DNA of 64,000 nt. Origin: Candidatus Delongbacteria bacterium (GTDB lineage: Bacteria > CAIWAD01). Positions within the stretch are counted from its first letter, which is position 1. Each line of letters begins with the position of its first letter. The stretch lies in contig OY760505.1 in NCBI GenBank assembly GCA_963663545.1, positions 928,001-992,000 of the forward strand, read 5' to 3'. The notes under the pieces are model-generated. The model was not told where the DNA came from and made no database searches. It saw nothing but the letters and a program-made list of their open reading frames with translations. Below are positions 53,134-64,000 of this stretch, piece by piece. A program made the translations under genes and the position numbers.

Positions 53134-55389
53134 TCAGCGAACAAAATCCTTGTATTTAAGCGGCTTCTGGCGAACTACAGCTTCAGGCTGAATTCGTAGA
53201 TCTATCTCGCCACGATCCAGATCCGTGCGCAGCAACACCACTTGAACCGGCATACCGACACGATATTCCTTACCACTGCGGCGTCCAAAAGCTCGGCCCA
53301 CTACCGCATCAACTTCCCACCAATCATCTGGCATTTCGCCCAGCGGAACCAAACCGTCCGCAAGAATCCCCGTTAGCTCGACGAAGAGACCCATCCTATC
53401 TACGCCACGCACGACTCCGTCGAAAACATCGCCGATCTTGTCCTGCAAATACAGGATCTGCTTCTGGCGAATAGAAGCACGCTCAGCCTCAAGTGCGAGC
53501 AGCTCTTTCAGATTGGACTGGCGAATGGCCGCATCGAGTGCCGTCCTTGTAGTATCCGGCTTCTCCAGCAGCGCTGCTTTCAGCATCCGATGCACCATTA
53601 GATCGGGATAGCGTCGAATGGGGCTGGTAAAGTGTGCGTAGTGGGAGAACCCCAGACCGAAGTGGCCAATTTCCTCAGTATCGTAGCGCGCCTTCATCAT
53701 GCTGCGTAGAATCTGCTCCTGCACCACCAGCTCCGCAGGTGTTCCAGCAAATGTGCCAAGAACCCGCTGCCAGTCTGCCACTTTCCCCAAATCCACAGGA
53801 TCCTTCAACCCCATCTGAGCAAGGAATTCCATGAAACGCGTCAGCTTCTCACCGCCGGGCGCGTCGTGAACGCGATAAACGCAAAGTCGCTCACGCCCTT
53901 TCAATTCCTGTGCAACGGCTTGATTAGCCAACAACATGAACTCTTCAATCAAGAAGTTTGCCTCGCGGCTTACCTGCGCACGCACCGAAAGTGGAAAGCC
54001 CTGACTATCAAGTTGAAAGCGGGCCTCGGGCAGGGCAAAATCCAATCCGCCCTGCTTCAGGCGCCTTCGCTTCAGTGTACGCCACAGACGATCCATGTGA
54101 TACAAGGACTCAACAATCGCATCGCCCTGTGACACACGATCCACGGTCCACCCGGCTGGCCTGCGCCGCGGGAATCGCTCCAAGATCTCCTGCACCTGTT
54201 CATAGGCAAAACGACGCTTTGAGCGGATGAGACTTGGTGTGAAGCGCGCACTCTTCAAGACACCTCGCTCGCTGATACGCATGATTGCGCTAAAACAGTA
54301 TCGGTCGACGCCCTCGGCCAAACTGCAAAGCCCGCTGGATAACGCGTGCGGGAGCATTGGCAGCACTTCGCCAACCAAGTATATAGAACAGCCGCGCCGC
54401 TGGGCTTCTCGGTCCAGCGAACCATTTTGGCGTACAAAGTGACTTACATCAGCAATGTGCACGCCCAACTCGTAATCGCCGCCCTCCAGCACGCGCAGCG
54501 AAACGGCATCGTCAAAATCCCGTGCATCGGCGGGGTCAATAGTAAAGATCAATTCATCGCGCAGATCCTCGCGACCCGCGTGCAACTGAATGTCATCCTG
54601 CCTGAAGCGTCCAGCCTCCTGCTCAACGGCACGCGGGAACTCTCCTGGCAGATTCAGTGACGCTTTCAACCGTAGCATCAACGTTTGTGGCGAATCCCCA
54701 GCAAGCCGGTGCAGGACCTCTACCACCAGACCGCCAGCAGCAGCAGGCTCGTCGTGACACACACGCGCTTGGACCGTATCACCGGATACAGCACCATCGG
54801 GCAAACGCCCCTTAACGTGAATGGTACCGGCGAAGCTCGCACTCAAGGGAAGGAGAACCCAACCCGCACCATAACGCGCCAATCGTCCAACCATCTGCTC
54901 AAGCCTGCGCTCGATGAGTTGTATCACACGGCCTTCGGCGCTGGGACCGCGGCGCCCCGGTAGCAGCTCGATCTCGACAATGTCTTCCTGCAAATACCTG
55001 GCAAGCTGACTCCGTGCTACAAACACTTTTTCGCTGCCATCGTCTGGTAACAGGAAAGCGTGGCCACTGCGAGTAAAACTAAGCGCGCCCACCAATCGCT
55101 TCATGGGCCTTCCGGATTGCCAGCGGCGAAGTTTATCGCGTGAGACACGGCCTTCGCTCTCGAGTTCATCAAGCAGACTCCTGAATTCTCCATAGGGAAG
55201 CGGACGGCCCAGCAGGTTATAGAGCGCGCGACTTTTGTAGCCGCGCGAAGAGTCTTTTAGAAAGGAGACAACTTTTTCTGTCGTATCACGCCGGTGCGCG
55301 CCAGCCTTCTCAGCCGGTGTTGGCGGCGGTCCTTGAGGATGACTATGGGGCGCAGTAGGGCGCCGGCGTCGCCTGCGTTGGTCTTTCAC
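53134..55389 (-). CDS. rnr: Ribonuclease R
   Basis: TIDP.DARDFDDA, VHIADVS, IEEFML.AN, HFTSPIRRYPDL.VHR, C-terminal S1 domain. Confidence 0.93.
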   Translation of the reverse strand: MKDQRRRRRRPTAPHSHPQGPPPTPAEKAGAHRRDTTEKVVSFLKDSSRGYKSRALYNLLGRPLPYGEFRSLLDELESEGRVSRDKLRRWQSGRPMKRLVGALSFTRSGHAFLLPDDGSEKVFVARSQLARYLQEDIVEIELLPGRRGPSAEGRVIQLIERRLEQMVGRLARYGAGWVLLPLSASFAGTIHVKGRLPDGAVSGDTVQARVCHDEPAAAGGLVVEVLHRLAGDSPQTLMLRLKASLNLPGEFPRAVEQEAGRFRQDDIQLHAGREDLRDELIFTIDPADARDFDDAVSLRVLEGGDYELGVHIADVSHFVRQNGSLDREAQRRGCSIYLVGEVLPMLPHALSSGLCSLAEGVDRYCFSAIMRISERGVLKSARFTPSLIRSKRRFAYEQVQEILERFPRRRPAGWTVDRVSQGDAIVESLYHMDRLWRTLKRRRLKQGGLDFALPEARFQLDSQGFPLSVRAQVSREANFLIEEFMLLANQAVAQELKGRERLCVYRVHDAPGGEKLTRFMEFLAQMGLKDPVDLGKVADWQRVLGTFAGTPAELVVQEQILRSMMKARYDTEEIGHFGLGFSHYAHFTSPIRRYPDLMVHRMLKAALLEKPDTTRTALDAAIRQSNLKELLALEAERASIRQKQILYLQDKIGDVFDGVVRGVDRMGLFVELTGILADGLVPLGEMPDDWWEVDAVVGRAFGRRSGKEYRVGMPVQVVLLRTDLDRGEIDLRIQPEAVVRQKPLKYKDFVR

Positions 55390-56246
55390 TCATGCCTCCA
55401 GGCAATGACGTAGCGATCCCGGCCCGCCAAGTCATGTATCACTTCAACACTCCGGCAAACCGGCTCAAACAATGCTTGAACCTCTGCGCCTTGGTCAGCT
55501 CCGATTTCGAACACGGCCATGCCTCCTGGGCGCAGCCAGGAGTCGAGTGTGGCAGCAAAGCGTTTGTAACACGAAATGCCTGCTGTATCACCGTCGAAGA
55601 GTGCCATGCGAGGTTCGTGTTTCAGTTCCGGCTCCAGCGATGCTTCGTCTTTCAGACGAACGTAAGGCGGATTGCTAACCAACACATCTACGGGTGAAGG
55701 CGGAAGCTGTTTGTGCAGATCCAGCTTAGCAAAACTCACGCGCGCGCCAACACCATTGCTCCCTGCGTTTTCACGAGCCAACTCAAGCGCCTCAGAGCTC
55801 AGATCAAAGGCCTGCACCTGTGCTCCAGGAATCTCCTGCGCCAGAGAGATGGCCAGGCACCCGCTACCCGTGCCCACATCTGTGATACAAATGCTCGCAT
55901 TAGGATCAGGAATGTGTTTCAGTACCAGATCAACTAGCCCCTCGGTTTCGGGGCGGGGAATCAGCACCCGCGCGTCCACGCGCAACTCTGCATTGCGGAA
56001 AGGCTGACTGCCCAGGATGTACTGCAGCGGTTCGCGACGGCCACGCCTAGCTAGCAACGCACGCAGAGTGCCCAACTCATCGTCGTTCAAGGGCCGGTCA
56101 AACTCCATATAGAGATCAAGACGCGTGCAACCCAAACCATGAGCAAGCAGTTCCTCTGCCTCTCTACGCGCATTGGTGATGCCGCGCTTGGCCAGCCACT
56201 CCGTACTGCTGGTCAGAATCTCAAGCAGACCGGGACTGGCGCTCAT
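55386..56246 (-). CDS. prmC: Release factor glutamine methyltransferase
   Basis: REPLQYILG, VLIPRPETE, DVGTGSG, SNPPY. Confidence 0.96.
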   Translation of the reverse strand: MSASPGLLEILTSSTEWLAKRGITNARREAEELLAHGLGCTRLDLYMEFDRPLNDDELGTLRALLARRGRREPLQYILGSQPFRNAELRVDARVLIPRPETEGLVDLVLKHIPDPNASICITDVGTGSGCLAISLAQEIPGAQVQAFDLSSEALELARENAGSNGVGARVSFAKLDLHKQLPPSPVDVLVSNPPYVRLKDEASLEPELKHEPRMALFDGDTAGISCYKRFAATLDSWLRPGGMAVFEIGADQGAEVQALFEPVCRSVEVIHDLAGRDRYVIAWRHE

Positions 56247-57335
56247 TCACCCATTCTCCCCGGAGTCCAGTCCAGCTGATTCCAGTCGCGAACTCATGTC
56301 CGCCATACGTAGGCCACTTGTAAGCTCATCGAGATCACCATCCATCACGTAATCCAGCTTATAGAGCGTCAGGTTGATGCGATGGTCTGTAACACGATTC
56401 TGGGGAAAGTTGTACGTGCGGATCTTAGCACTGCGGTCGCCGGTGCTGACCTGGCTCTTGCGATCCAGATCGAGCTTGGCTTTCTCCTCAGCCATACGCG
56501 CTTCCAGCAGGCGGCTGCGTAACACGCGCATCGCCTTGTCCTTGTTCTTGTGCTGGCTTTTCTCGTCCTGGCAAGTGACCACCAGGCCGGTGGGAAGGTG
56601 CGTGATACGCACTGCGCTATCAGTAGTATTCACACTCTGTCCGCCGGGGCCACTGGAGCGGTAGACGTCGATGCGCAAATCCTTGGCCTCGATCACCACG
56701 TCCACTTCCTCGGCTTCCGGCAAAACGACGACGCTGGCTGCCGATGTATGTACACGGCCCTGGCTTTCTGTGGCCGGCACACGCTGCACACGGTGAACAC
56801 CGCCCTCGTATTTCATCCAGCCAAAAACTTCTTCGCCGTTGAGCTGAAAGATGACTTCCTTGAAGCCACCTGATCCGCCTTCGGTAGCTGAGATTTGCTC
56901 CAGCTTCCAGCGGCGGCGCTCGCAGAAACGCTGATACATGCGCAACAGGTCGGCGGCGAATAACGCGGCCTCGTCTCCGCCCGTTCCTGCACGAATCTCA
57001 ACCAGGCAGTTGCGAAAGTCCATTGGATCACGCGGCACTAGCAGCAGCTTCAATTCGGGCTCAAGCCGTACCAGATTTGCGGAGGCCTCGTCGAGCTGCA
57101 TTTCGGCCATCTCGCGCAGCTCAGCATCATCCTCGCTGCGCAACATCTGCCGTGCTTCATCTCGCGCCTCAAACGCCAGACGATACTCGCGACCAAAACT
57201 GAGAATCTCACCCAGCCGCTTGTGCTCGCGAGAGATATCACGATAGTGGCTCTGATCAGCAATCACATCCGGATTGCCGAGCTCATCGCTCAATTGATTG
57301 TATCGCGTCTCGAGACGCGCGATTCGATCGAGCAT
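56247..57335 (-). CDS. prfA: Peptide chain release factor 1
   Basis: EIRAGTGGDEA, QRVPATE (PxT), GPGGQSVN, RTYNFPQ.RVTDHRI. Confidence 0.97.
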   Translation of the reverse strand: MLDRIARLETRYNQLSDELGNPDVIADQSHYRDISREHKRLGEILSFGREYRLAFEARDEARQMLRSEDDAELREMAEMQLDEASANLVRLEPELKLLLVPRDPMDFRNCLVEIRAGTGGDEAALFAADLLRMYQRFCERRRWKLEQISATEGGSGGFKEVIFQLNGEEVFGWMKYEGGVHRVQRVPATESQGRVHTSAASVVVLPEAEEVDVVIEAKDLRIDVYRSSGPGGQSVNTTDSAVRITHLPTGLVVTCQDEKSQHKNKDKAMRVLRSRLLEARMAEEKAKLDLDRKSQVSTGDRSAKIRTYNFPQNRVTDHRINLTLYKLDYVMDGDLDELTSGLRMADMSSRLESAGLDSGENG

Positions 57336-57370
57336 CCCAGGCCTCCTTGCAGACTGAATTCAGGGTTAAG

Positions 57371-58330
57371 CTACAGAAACTCGATGCGGGATTTCAGGCC
57401 GTCCATGGGCAGCCCGAGGGAAGCACGGATAGCCACCACGGCCACTTCCACTTGTTCAGTGAACGGTTCCCGCGTGGTGAGGCGCTGCAGCCAAAGTCCG
57501 GGCGCGATTAGTGTGCGCACAATGGCGCCTGAACGCAGACGATTGGAGAGCTGCAGCATTTCGAAGGCGAAGCCCGCCACCAAGGGGACAACGGGCAAAT
57601 GCACTAACAAGCGGTGCAAGACCGAGTGAAACTCACCGAAGCGGGCCACCCAGGCAGTATCGAAGAGGGCGTAGACCAGCACGGTGGAAAGCGCCACCAG
57701 AAGCAGGAAGCTGGTTCCGCAGCGGGGATGGAAGCGGGAATGGGTTTCCGCCACCGGTACTTCCACCGCTTGCTCTTCTTCCCAACTGTAAATGGCTTTA
57801 TGCTCCGCGCCGTGATACTGAAAGAGGCGTTCCACATCTCCCCAAATGCCGATGGCGCGCAAATAGCCAAGCAGTAGGCAGACGCGTATCACGCCCACCA
57901 CCAGGTGAAACACGAGTTGGTTAGCACCAAAGCCCGCCAAGCTGGTGAGCAGATAGGGCAGATACATAAAGAGCCCAAGTGCGAAAAACAGCCCGATGAG
58001 CACTGTTAGGAGCGAGAACAGAGTGCGGTGCAGAGCAGAGGGCGAGTTCTGCTCTTCGCACTGTTGCGTCACTTCGGCGGACCAGTTCAACGTGGAAGTG
58101 CCAATAACCAGCGACTCGATGAGAGAAACGGCGCCTCGCAAAATGGGCAACCCCAGAATGCGAAAGCGCCGTGTCAGTGACACATAGTCTTTGCAGCGGA
58201 CCACAATGTGGTCGGGAGCGACGCGTACGGCTGTAGCTACACGTCCGGGGGCGCGCATCATCACACCTTCGATGACCGCCTGGCCTCCGATGGCGCTCGG
58301 GCAGGATTCCCGCTCCTTGGGTGCAGCCAC
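57371..58330 (-). CDS. DUF1385 family membrane protein
   Basis: IGGQAVIEGVMMR, FQYHGAEHK, RFHPRCGTSF, PGLWLQRLTTREP. Confidence 0.92.
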   Translation of the reverse strand: MAAPKERESCPSAIGGQAVIEGVMMRAPGRVATAVRVAPDHIVVRCKDYVSLTRRFRILGLPILRGAVSLIESLVIGTSTLNWSAEVTQQCEEQNSPSALHRTLFSLLTVLIGLFFALGLFMYLPYLLTSLAGFGANQLVFHLVVGVIRVCLLLGYLRAIGIWGDVERLFQYHGAEHKAIYSWEEEQAVEVPVAETHSRFHPRCGTSFLLLVALSTVLVYALFDTAWVARFGEFHSVLHRLLVHLPVVPLVAGFAFEMLQLSNRLRSGAIVRTLIAPGLWLQRLTTREPFTEQVEVAVVAIRASLGLPMDGLKSRIEFL

Positions 58331-58353
58331 TAAGCCCTTCCCGCCGCTAAGGC

Positions 58354-58569
58354 TTACTTGCTCTCGGACTGCGTCGCGTACTTCTTGTAGAAGCGATCCA
58401 CACGACCAGTGGTGAACACCTGCTTCTGCTTGCCCGTAAAGAAGGGATGGCACTTGTCGCAGAGTTCGATCTTCATGTCGCCCTGGGTGGTGCGGGTTTC
58501 GAAGCTGTTACCACAAGCGCAGCTCACAGTAGCTGTCTCGTACTTGGGGTGGATATCTTTCTTCGGCAT
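58354..58569 (-). CDS. rpmE: 50S ribosomal protein L31 (Zn-ribbon form)
   Basis: [12 protein letters not shown]...[21 protein letters not shown]. Confidence 0.97.
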   Translation of the reverse strand: MPKKDIHPKYETATVSCACGNSFETRTTQGDMKIELCDKCHPFFTGKQKQVFTTGRVDRFYKKYATQSESK

Positions 58570-58645
58570 GATTTCTCCTTGGGTCATATTCGAACCGCGA
58601 ATAATAAGCAAAGCATCACGAATCCGCAAGCGGCAGATGGGGCAT

Positions 58646-58678
58646 AAAAAACCCGCCACATAAGGATCGGGCGGGTTT
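58646..58678 (-). terminator. Intrinsic terminator after rho
   Basis: AAACCCGCC...GGCGGGTTTTTT. Confidence 0.7.
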
Positions 58679-58697
58679 GTATGCTGTACATCCGCGA

Positions 58698-60185
58698 TCA
58701 CTTCATCATGATCTCAAAGAATTCCATGTTGTTACGAGTCAGACGCATCTTCTCAAGCATGAACTTCATGACCTCAACAGGATGCTTCTCGCTCTGCAGA
58801 TTTCGCAGAATCCAGATCTTGTTCAGCGTCTTGTCATCCAGCAGCAGCTCTTCCTTGCGCGTACCCGACTTGTTGATGTCGATGGCCGGGTAGATGCGGC
58901 TGTTGGCCAAGTTGCGATCCAGCACCAATTCCATGTTGCCGGTGCCCTTGAACTCCTCGAAAATCACCTCGTCCATGCGGCTGCCGGTTTCGATCAGCGC
59001 CGTCGCGATGATGGTCAGGCTGCCACCGCCTTCGATGTTACGGGCGGCACCGAAGAACTTCTTCGGCTCGTAAAGGGCAACAGCATCCACACCACCAGAC
59101 AGAATGCGGCCGCTGTGGGGCACCACCGCGTTGTAAGCACGCGCCAGACGGGTGATGGAATCCAGCAGAATGACGACGTCGTGACCGAACTCCACCAGAC
59201 GCTTGGCCTTCTCGATGACCATGTTGGCCACCTGAATGTGACGATCGGGCTTCTCATCAAAGGTGGAAGCGATCACTTCCGCATCGATGTTGCGCTCCAT
59301 GTCCGTCACTTCTTCGGGGCGCTCGTCGATGAGCAGCACGATGAGCTGAATCTCGGGGTGATTGGTGGTGATGGAGTTGGCGATCTTCTGCAGCAGAATG
59401 GTCTTACCGGTGCGCGGCGGGGCGACGATCAGACCGCGCTGTCCCATGCCGATGGGCGTGAAGAGATCCATCACGCGCATGGAGTATTCCTTGGCCTCGC
59501 GCTCCAGATTAATCTTGCGATCCGGATGCAGCGGCGTCAGGTTGTCGAAGAGCATCTTGTCGCGGCACTCATCGGGATCGCGATAGTTGATGGCCTCCAC
59601 CTTGAGCAAGGCAAAGAAGCGCTCGTTGTCCTTGGGAGGACGAATCTGGCCGCTGACCACATGGCCCTTGCGCAAGCCAAAGCGCTTGATCTGGCTGGGC
59701 GAGACGTAAATGTCTTCCTGGCCGGGAAGATAATTGCTGGCGTCGCTGCGCAAGAAGCCGTAGCCGTCCGGCAGAATTTCCAACACACCCTGAGCGAAAA
59801 TACTGCCGTCGCGCGCAGCCTGCGCCTCAAGGATTTTGTAGATCAGGTCGGATTTCGAGAGCCCGCTGGGGTTCTCGACGTTCAGACCCTTGGCCAGCTC
59901 AAAGAGCTCGCGAATGGGGCGCTTCTCCAGATCGGCAATGTTGAGCTTGCCCGATTCATGGTGCGCGTCCTGCGGTTCAGGGGCAGTCACTACGGCGCTT
60001 TGGACTTCGGCATCCGCTTCTTCCCCGGCGACAGAGGCACTTGCCTCTACCTCCTCCTGCGGGACAGACTGATCCTTGGCAGCACTTGCGACCGCTCGCG
60101 AAGAATGGGACGCAGTGCTCCTAGTGGGACCAGATTTGCGTACCCGCGACGGGGTTTTTTCGTTACCGTTGTTGACCGGTGTCAT
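58698..60185 (-). CDS. rho: Transcription termination factor Rho with N-terminal low-complexity extension
   Basis: [46 protein letters not shown]. Confidence 0.98.
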   Translation of the reverse strand: MTPVNNGNEKTPSRVRKSGPTRSTASHSSRAVASAAKDQSVPQEEVEASASVAGEEADAEVQSAVVTAPEPQDAHHESGKLNIADLEKRPIRELFELAKGLNVENPSGLSKSDLIYKILEAQAARDGSIFAQGVLEILPDGYGFLRSDASNYLPGQEDIYVSPSQIKRFGLRKGHVVSGQIRPPKDNERFFALLKVEAINYRDPDECRDKMLFDNLTPLHPDRKINLEREAKEYSMRVMDLFTPIGMGQRGLIVAPPRTGKTILLQKIANSITTNHPEIQLIVLLIDERPEEVTDMERNIDAEVIASTFDEKPDRHIQVANMVIEKAKRLVEFGHDVVILLDSITRLARAYNAVVPHSGRILSGGVDAVALYEPKKFFGAARNIEGGGSLTIIATALIETGSRMDEVIFEEFKGTGNMELVLDRNLANSRIYPAIDINKSGTRKEELLLDDKTLNKIWILRNLQSEKHPVEVMKFMLEKMRLTRNNMEFFEIMMK

Positions 60186-60229
60186 CGGTCTTTCTCCTTG
60201 CTTGCGCCGGTAGTCCCAGACTGCGGTGG

Positions 60230-60673
60230 CTACCAGACTTGGGTCAATTGGATCGGATTTCCATCAGGGTCGTGAAAGGTGGTATGACGACGAACGCCCT
60301 CTTCGCCTACAATGTCGCCGTCAAAGGCTACGCCGCGCGCTTCCAGTTTGGCACGGGTACCCGCCAGGTCAACGACTTCAAACACCGGGCAACCGCCGCC
60401 GCCGCGGGGCACATCCCCTCCCAGATTCCACTCGGTCAGCCCCAGGTCCACACCTTCAGCACCTGTGGCAAAAGTCGCCCAACCAGAGTCCTCGTCCAGG
60501 AAGAGCATGCGAAAGCCCACCTGATCGCGATAAAAGCGCACCGCCTGTCGCAGATCCTTGACGTAGAACCACAGCATACTTAGCTGCTTCAGGCCTTCCA
60601 TGTCCGTTTCACGTCGCGAACGCCGGCCACGGGGGCGCCCAGTAGTGCCAGAACCATTGGTTTCGGTCGTCAT
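60230..60673 (-). CDS. VOC/glyoxalase family protein
   Basis: V.DL..A.RFY.D.VG, F.V.DL, F.DPDGN.I.L; start may be 60601. Confidence 0.85.
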   Translation of the reverse strand: MTTETNGSGTTGRPRGRRSRRETDMEGLKQLSMLWFYVKDLRQAVRFYRDQVGFRMLFLDEDSGWATFATGAEGVDLGLTEWNLGGDVPRGGGGCPVFEVVDLAGTRAKLEARGVAFDGDIVGEEGVRRHTTFHDPDGNPIQLTQVW

Positions 60674-60700
60674 GTTATTCCTGTCCTATCCACCTTCACA

Positions 60701-61489
60701 TCAGTGCAAATCCAGCCAGGCGCGAACAGGATTATCCTTTCGCTCCGCAGCCAGAGTAGTCGTTTCATTGTGACCGGGTAGGACCAGCGCATCTCCCGGC
60801 AATTTAAAAAGCCGCTCCAGAATGCTGTGTCCAAGCGCCTTCGCGTCACCACCTGGCAAATCGGTACGGCCAATGCTTCCCGCAAAGAGTGTATCACCGG
60901 AAAAGAGCAGGACATCATCAGGTGCGGCCTGAAAGCGCAAACTGATGCTGCCAGGAGAATGCCCTGGTGTGCTAATGACTTCCAGCTCGCGTCCGCCGAA
61001 AGGCAGCCGTTGGCCATCGGTCAAATCCACAGTTCGTTCCGGCGGATTTTCCACGTTCAAATTCCAGATGCGCGCCATTTCTGCTGCGCCGTGATACAAG
61101 AAAGCATCAGCAGGATGCAGGAAGATCGGCATGCCATAGCGACGATCCAGCTCGCGGCAACCCGCCACGTGGTCCAAGTGCCCGTGGGTCAGGAGGACTC
61201 GAGTCGGTCGCAGGGCGCGCTCTTCCAGTAAGCCCAGCAGCTCATCGGGCTCCAGGCCGGGATCGATCACAATACAGTTCGTATCACAACAAAGAATCCA
61301 GCAATTCGTGTAGAAGGCACCAAGGGTAACTCCAAACAGCTCCACCTGGTGTAGACCGGCGGCCTGATTCTCAGTGGATACAGCGGATCGCCATATGGGT
61401 GTCCGGGAATGCGACAAAGAGGATCTCCGTTTCGGAGCCAGCACCAAGGTGAGCCTGTCGGCGCCCTGCCAACGCCCAAATATAGGCAC
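60701..61489 (-). CDS. MBL-fold metallo-hydrolase (glyoxalase II/YcbL-like)
   Basis: IDPG, THGHLDH, TPGHSPG, SGDTLF.GSIGRTD.PGG, PGH; true start probably downstream of 61489. Confidence 0.9.
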   Translation of the reverse strand: MPIFGRWQGADRLTLVLAPKRRSSLSHSRTPIWRSAVSTENQAAGLHQVELFGVTLGAFYTNCWILCCDTNCIVIDPGLEPDELLGLLEERALRPTRVLLTHGHLDHVAGCRELDRRYGMPIFLHPADAFLYHGAAEMARIWNLNVENPPERTVDLTDGQRLPFGGRELEVISTPGHSPGSISLRFQAAPDDVLLFSGDTLFAGSIGRTDLPGGDAKALGHSILERLFKLPGDALVLPGHNETTTLAAERKDNPVRAWLDLH

Positions 61490-61528
61490 CTTATCAGCTT
61501 AGGGCAAGAGGCTCAAGTACCGGCATGA

Positions 61529-63619
61529 TTACTCGTTTTGTAGGGCCATCATCGCGCTCAGCTTCGCCTGACGCACAAGATCGTCAGCGCACGCGCCTCC
61601 GGGCAACAGATTGACCACCAAAGAGGAGCCCAAGAGCAGCGGTCCCGCCAACTCGGCCTCCATCATGCGTCCCAGCAGACCTACTGCCAATCCGGCGCTG
61701 GCCGGTCCGGCAAAGGCCAGAATCTCCACGTCATCACAGCCTGGCTCTTCGCGCCGAGCATCCAGGACTTCATCCAGTCCGAGAGCCATGCGCGCGTCCA
61801 GATCCGGGAAACGCTCCCGCAGATGCTGCAGCGCCGGCGATGCAAGGCACTCGCTGTCGGCTTGCTCTCGTGGACAAAAAACACTCAGGCGCGGTCGATA
61901 GCCCAACTCCAGTGCAAAGTCTACGACCTGTGCGGCGGCCTCCCCCAGCTGCTCTCCCCAGGCAAGCGCACTTTCACAACGAGGTGCCGTAGGTGCGCAA
62001 ACCAGCAGAGTTCGCGATGGCGCACAAACCAGAGTTAGTTGTGCCATAAAAGGTCGTCCCTGCTCTTCGGCATGCCTCAGCAAGCCGCGCAAACGGGCTG
62101 CGTAATCGCCGCCGCAAAGGACAGCGGCCGCGGCAAGGCCGTCGGTCAGCACATCCAGCTCCTGCAAGGCGGGATCATCCAGCACGGGAAGAAGCGGCTG
62201 TACAAGCCCTTCTTCCTGTAACTGACGAGCAGCAGCCTTGACACGAGAAGGCTGATCGTCCACCAGAAGGACAGACACAGGTGTTTCACCGAGCCTGCGT
62301 GTGACACGCATCATCAGCTCGTGACGCGGTCCAAGACGGCGGATCAAGCCCGATCGGTACTCCGCCAGCCAGGCTTCCAGATCTTTCGGCTGAACTTGTG
62401 ACACACCGGATTCAATAGCCGCACGCGCTACAGCCGGTGCCACGTGATACAGGACACGATCGTCGAAGGGCTTGGGGATGATGTACTCGGGGCCGAAGTG
62501 CAGGTCTTCCATGCCATAGGCTTGTCTCACACTGGCAGGAACCTCGCTCCTGGCCAGACGCGCCAGCGCTCGGGCCGCCGCCAGTTTCATCGGCAGGTTG
62601 ATTTCCCGCGCACGGACATCCAAAGCGCCGCGGAAAAGGAAGGGGAAACCCAGCACGTTATTGACCTGGTTCGGATAGTCGCTGCGCCCCGTTGCCACAA
62701 TCACATCATCGCGCGCTGCACGGGCTTCCTCGTAGCCGATCTCCGGATCGGGGTTGGCCATGGCGAAGACAATGGGCCTGGGTGCCATGCTCTGCAGCAT
62801 TTCTGCGCTGACTACGCCACCAACGGAAAGACCGCAGAAGACGTCGGCCCCAGAGATTGCTTCCTCAAGCGTGCGCATGGATGTATCACGGGCAAAGACT
62901 TCCAGCCAGGGATTCATGCCCGCGCTGCGCCCCTTGAATACCACACCATGAATGTCACACATGGTGATGTGATCGGCGGGAACTCCCAATTCGCGCCAGA
63001 AGCGGGCGCAAGCCAGACCTGCAGCTCCCGCGCCGTTAAACACCACACGAACCTGATCGATGGCCTTGCCTGCCACCTCAAGCGCATTAAGCAACGCGGC
63101 GCCACTGATGATGGCCGTGCCATGCTGATCATCGTGAAACACGGGGATAGGTAACAGCGCCTGCAATCGCGACTCGATCTCGAAGCACTCCGGCGCCTTG
63201 ATATCCTCAAGGTTGATGCCGCCGAAGGTGGGCGCCATCAGCCTCACCGCCTGGATGATTTCCTCGGGATCCTCGCTGTCAAGATTGATATCGTAGACGT
63301 CGATGTCTGCAAAGCGCTTGAACAGCACGCCCTTGCCTTCCATCACCGGCTTGCCTGCCGCCGCTCCCAGATTGCCCAGGCCCAGCACGGCGGTTCCGTT
63401 GGAAACCACTGCCACCAGATTGCCTTTGTTGGTGAACTCGTACACGCACTCGGGATCTTTGTGAATCAGACGGCAGGGCTCCGCCACGCCCGGCGTGTAG
63501 GCTAGCGATAGGTCACGCTGTGTGCGACAGGGCTTTGTGGCACAAACAGCGATTTTCCCACGACGCTCACGCCGGTGATACTCGAGGGCTTCTTCTACTC
63601 GATCAGGGTGTTTGCTCAT
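61529..63619 (-). CDS. maeB: NADP-dependent malic enzyme with divergent PTA-like C-terminal region
   Basis: [55 protein letters not shown]. Confidence 0.93.
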   Translation of the reverse strand: MSKHPDRVEEALEYHRRERRGKIAVCATKPCRTQRDLSLAYTPGVAEPCRLIHKDPECVYEFTNKGNLVAVVSNGTAVLGLGNLGAAAGKPVMEGKGVLFKRFADIDVYDINLDSEDPEEIIQAVRLMAPTFGGINLEDIKAPECFEIESRLQALLPIPVFHDDQHGTAIISGAALLNALEVAGKAIDQVRVVFNGAGAAGLACARFWRELGVPADHITMCDIHGVVFKGRSAGMNPWLEVFARDTSMRTLEEAISGADVFCGLSVGGVVSAEMLQSMAPRPIVFAMANPDPEIGYEEARAARDDVIVATGRSDYPNQVNNVLGFPFLFRGALDVRAREINLPMKLAAARALARLARSEVPASVRQAYGMEDLHFGPEYIIPKPFDDRVLYHVAPAVARAAIESGVSQVQPKDLEAWLAEYRSGLIRRLGPRHELMMRVTRRLGETPVSVLLVDDQPSRVKAAARQLQEEGLVQPLLPVLDDPALQELDVLTDGLAAAAVLCGGDYAARLRGLLRHAEEQGRPFMAQLTLVCAPSRTLLVCAPTAPRCESALAWGEQLGEAAAQVVDFALELGYRPRLSVFCPREQADSECLASPALQHLRERFPDLDARMALGLDEVLDARREEPGCDDVEILAFAGPASAGLAVGLLGRMMEAELAGPLLLGSSLVVNLLPGGACADDLVRQAKLSAMMALQNE

Positions 63620-63639
63620 GAGTGGGTAGTTCGGCGGGT

Positions 63640-64000
63640 TTACTGCTTGTTGGCAGCAGGATTCTCGTCTCCAAGCACTTCGTAGACACGGCCTTCTATA
63701 AACAAACGCAGCAGCTCGGCGTCCAGCTTGCCGCGTTCCACATCACCAGAAAGAATATTCAGCGCGACCTGATGCGGCGCGGCTTTCTTGTAGGGACGAT
63801 CACTGGCCGTCAGTGCATCATAGATATCTGCAATGGCCATCATCTTTCCCGCCAGCGGGATTTCCTCTGAAGCAAGTCCGCGCGGATAGCCCGTACCGTC
63901 CAGCTTCTCGTGATGCGTGGCGGCAATTTCGGGAATGCGCTGCAGCTCTTCCGTCCAAGGGATACGGCGCAGGAACTCCCAGGAATGGGTAACGTGCGAC
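63640..64000 (-). CDS. HD-GYP domain phosphodiesterase, C-terminal part (5' end outside window)
   Basis: HHEKLDGTGYPRGL...IADIYDALTASDRPYKKA. Confidence 0.9.
   Translation of the reverse strand, partial: SHVTHSWEFLRRIPWTEELQRIPEIAATHHEKLDGTGYPRGLASEEIPLAGKMMAIADIYDALTASDRPYKKAAPHQVALNILSGDVERGKLDAELLRLFIEGRVYEVLGDENPAANKQ

Noticed and set aside
62436..62451. Iterated motif as parS half-sites (TGTTTCAC-like), e.g. GGTGCCACGTGATACA
   Set aside because: No complete 16-bp parS palindrome was found; copies are single, far too numerous and differ from the parS consensus.

Overview
64 kb of bacterial chromosome, roughly 55-60% GC by eye, standard genetic code, most genes on the minus strand. The 16S sequence and a secreted beta-helix protein suggest an FCB-superphylum lineage (inference). 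The window holds a complete rRNA operon (16S-tRNA-Ile-tRNA-Ala-23S-5S) and the core cluster maeB-MBL-VOC-rho-rpmE-DUF1385-prfA-prmC-rnr. It also has glnS, lgt, pdxK, queG, a YhhQ transporter, bfr, an orphan citF-like CoA-transferase, three sensor kinases, a sigma54 regulator, two TetR genes and a TonB receptor. No CRISPR array, transposase, integrase or reverse transcriptase was found. The dominant unexplained signal is a highly iterated DNA motif, consensus (Y)GTRWYAC(R). I counted by hand about 100 copies of GTATCAC/GTGATAC (about 6 expected by chance), about 40 of GTGACAC/GTGTCAC and about 22 of GTGTTAC/GTAACAC. The copies occur in all reading frames and on both strands, several sit exactly on start or stop codons, and they are nearly absent from the rRNA operon, rho/rpmE, bfr and one mosaic surface-protein gene. 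Other points: a shared TGACY-N3-RGTCA operator array ahead of both TetR genes, an EAL gene split by an in-frame TGA, and a surface-protein gene with a low-GC internal module flanked by related repeat clusters.
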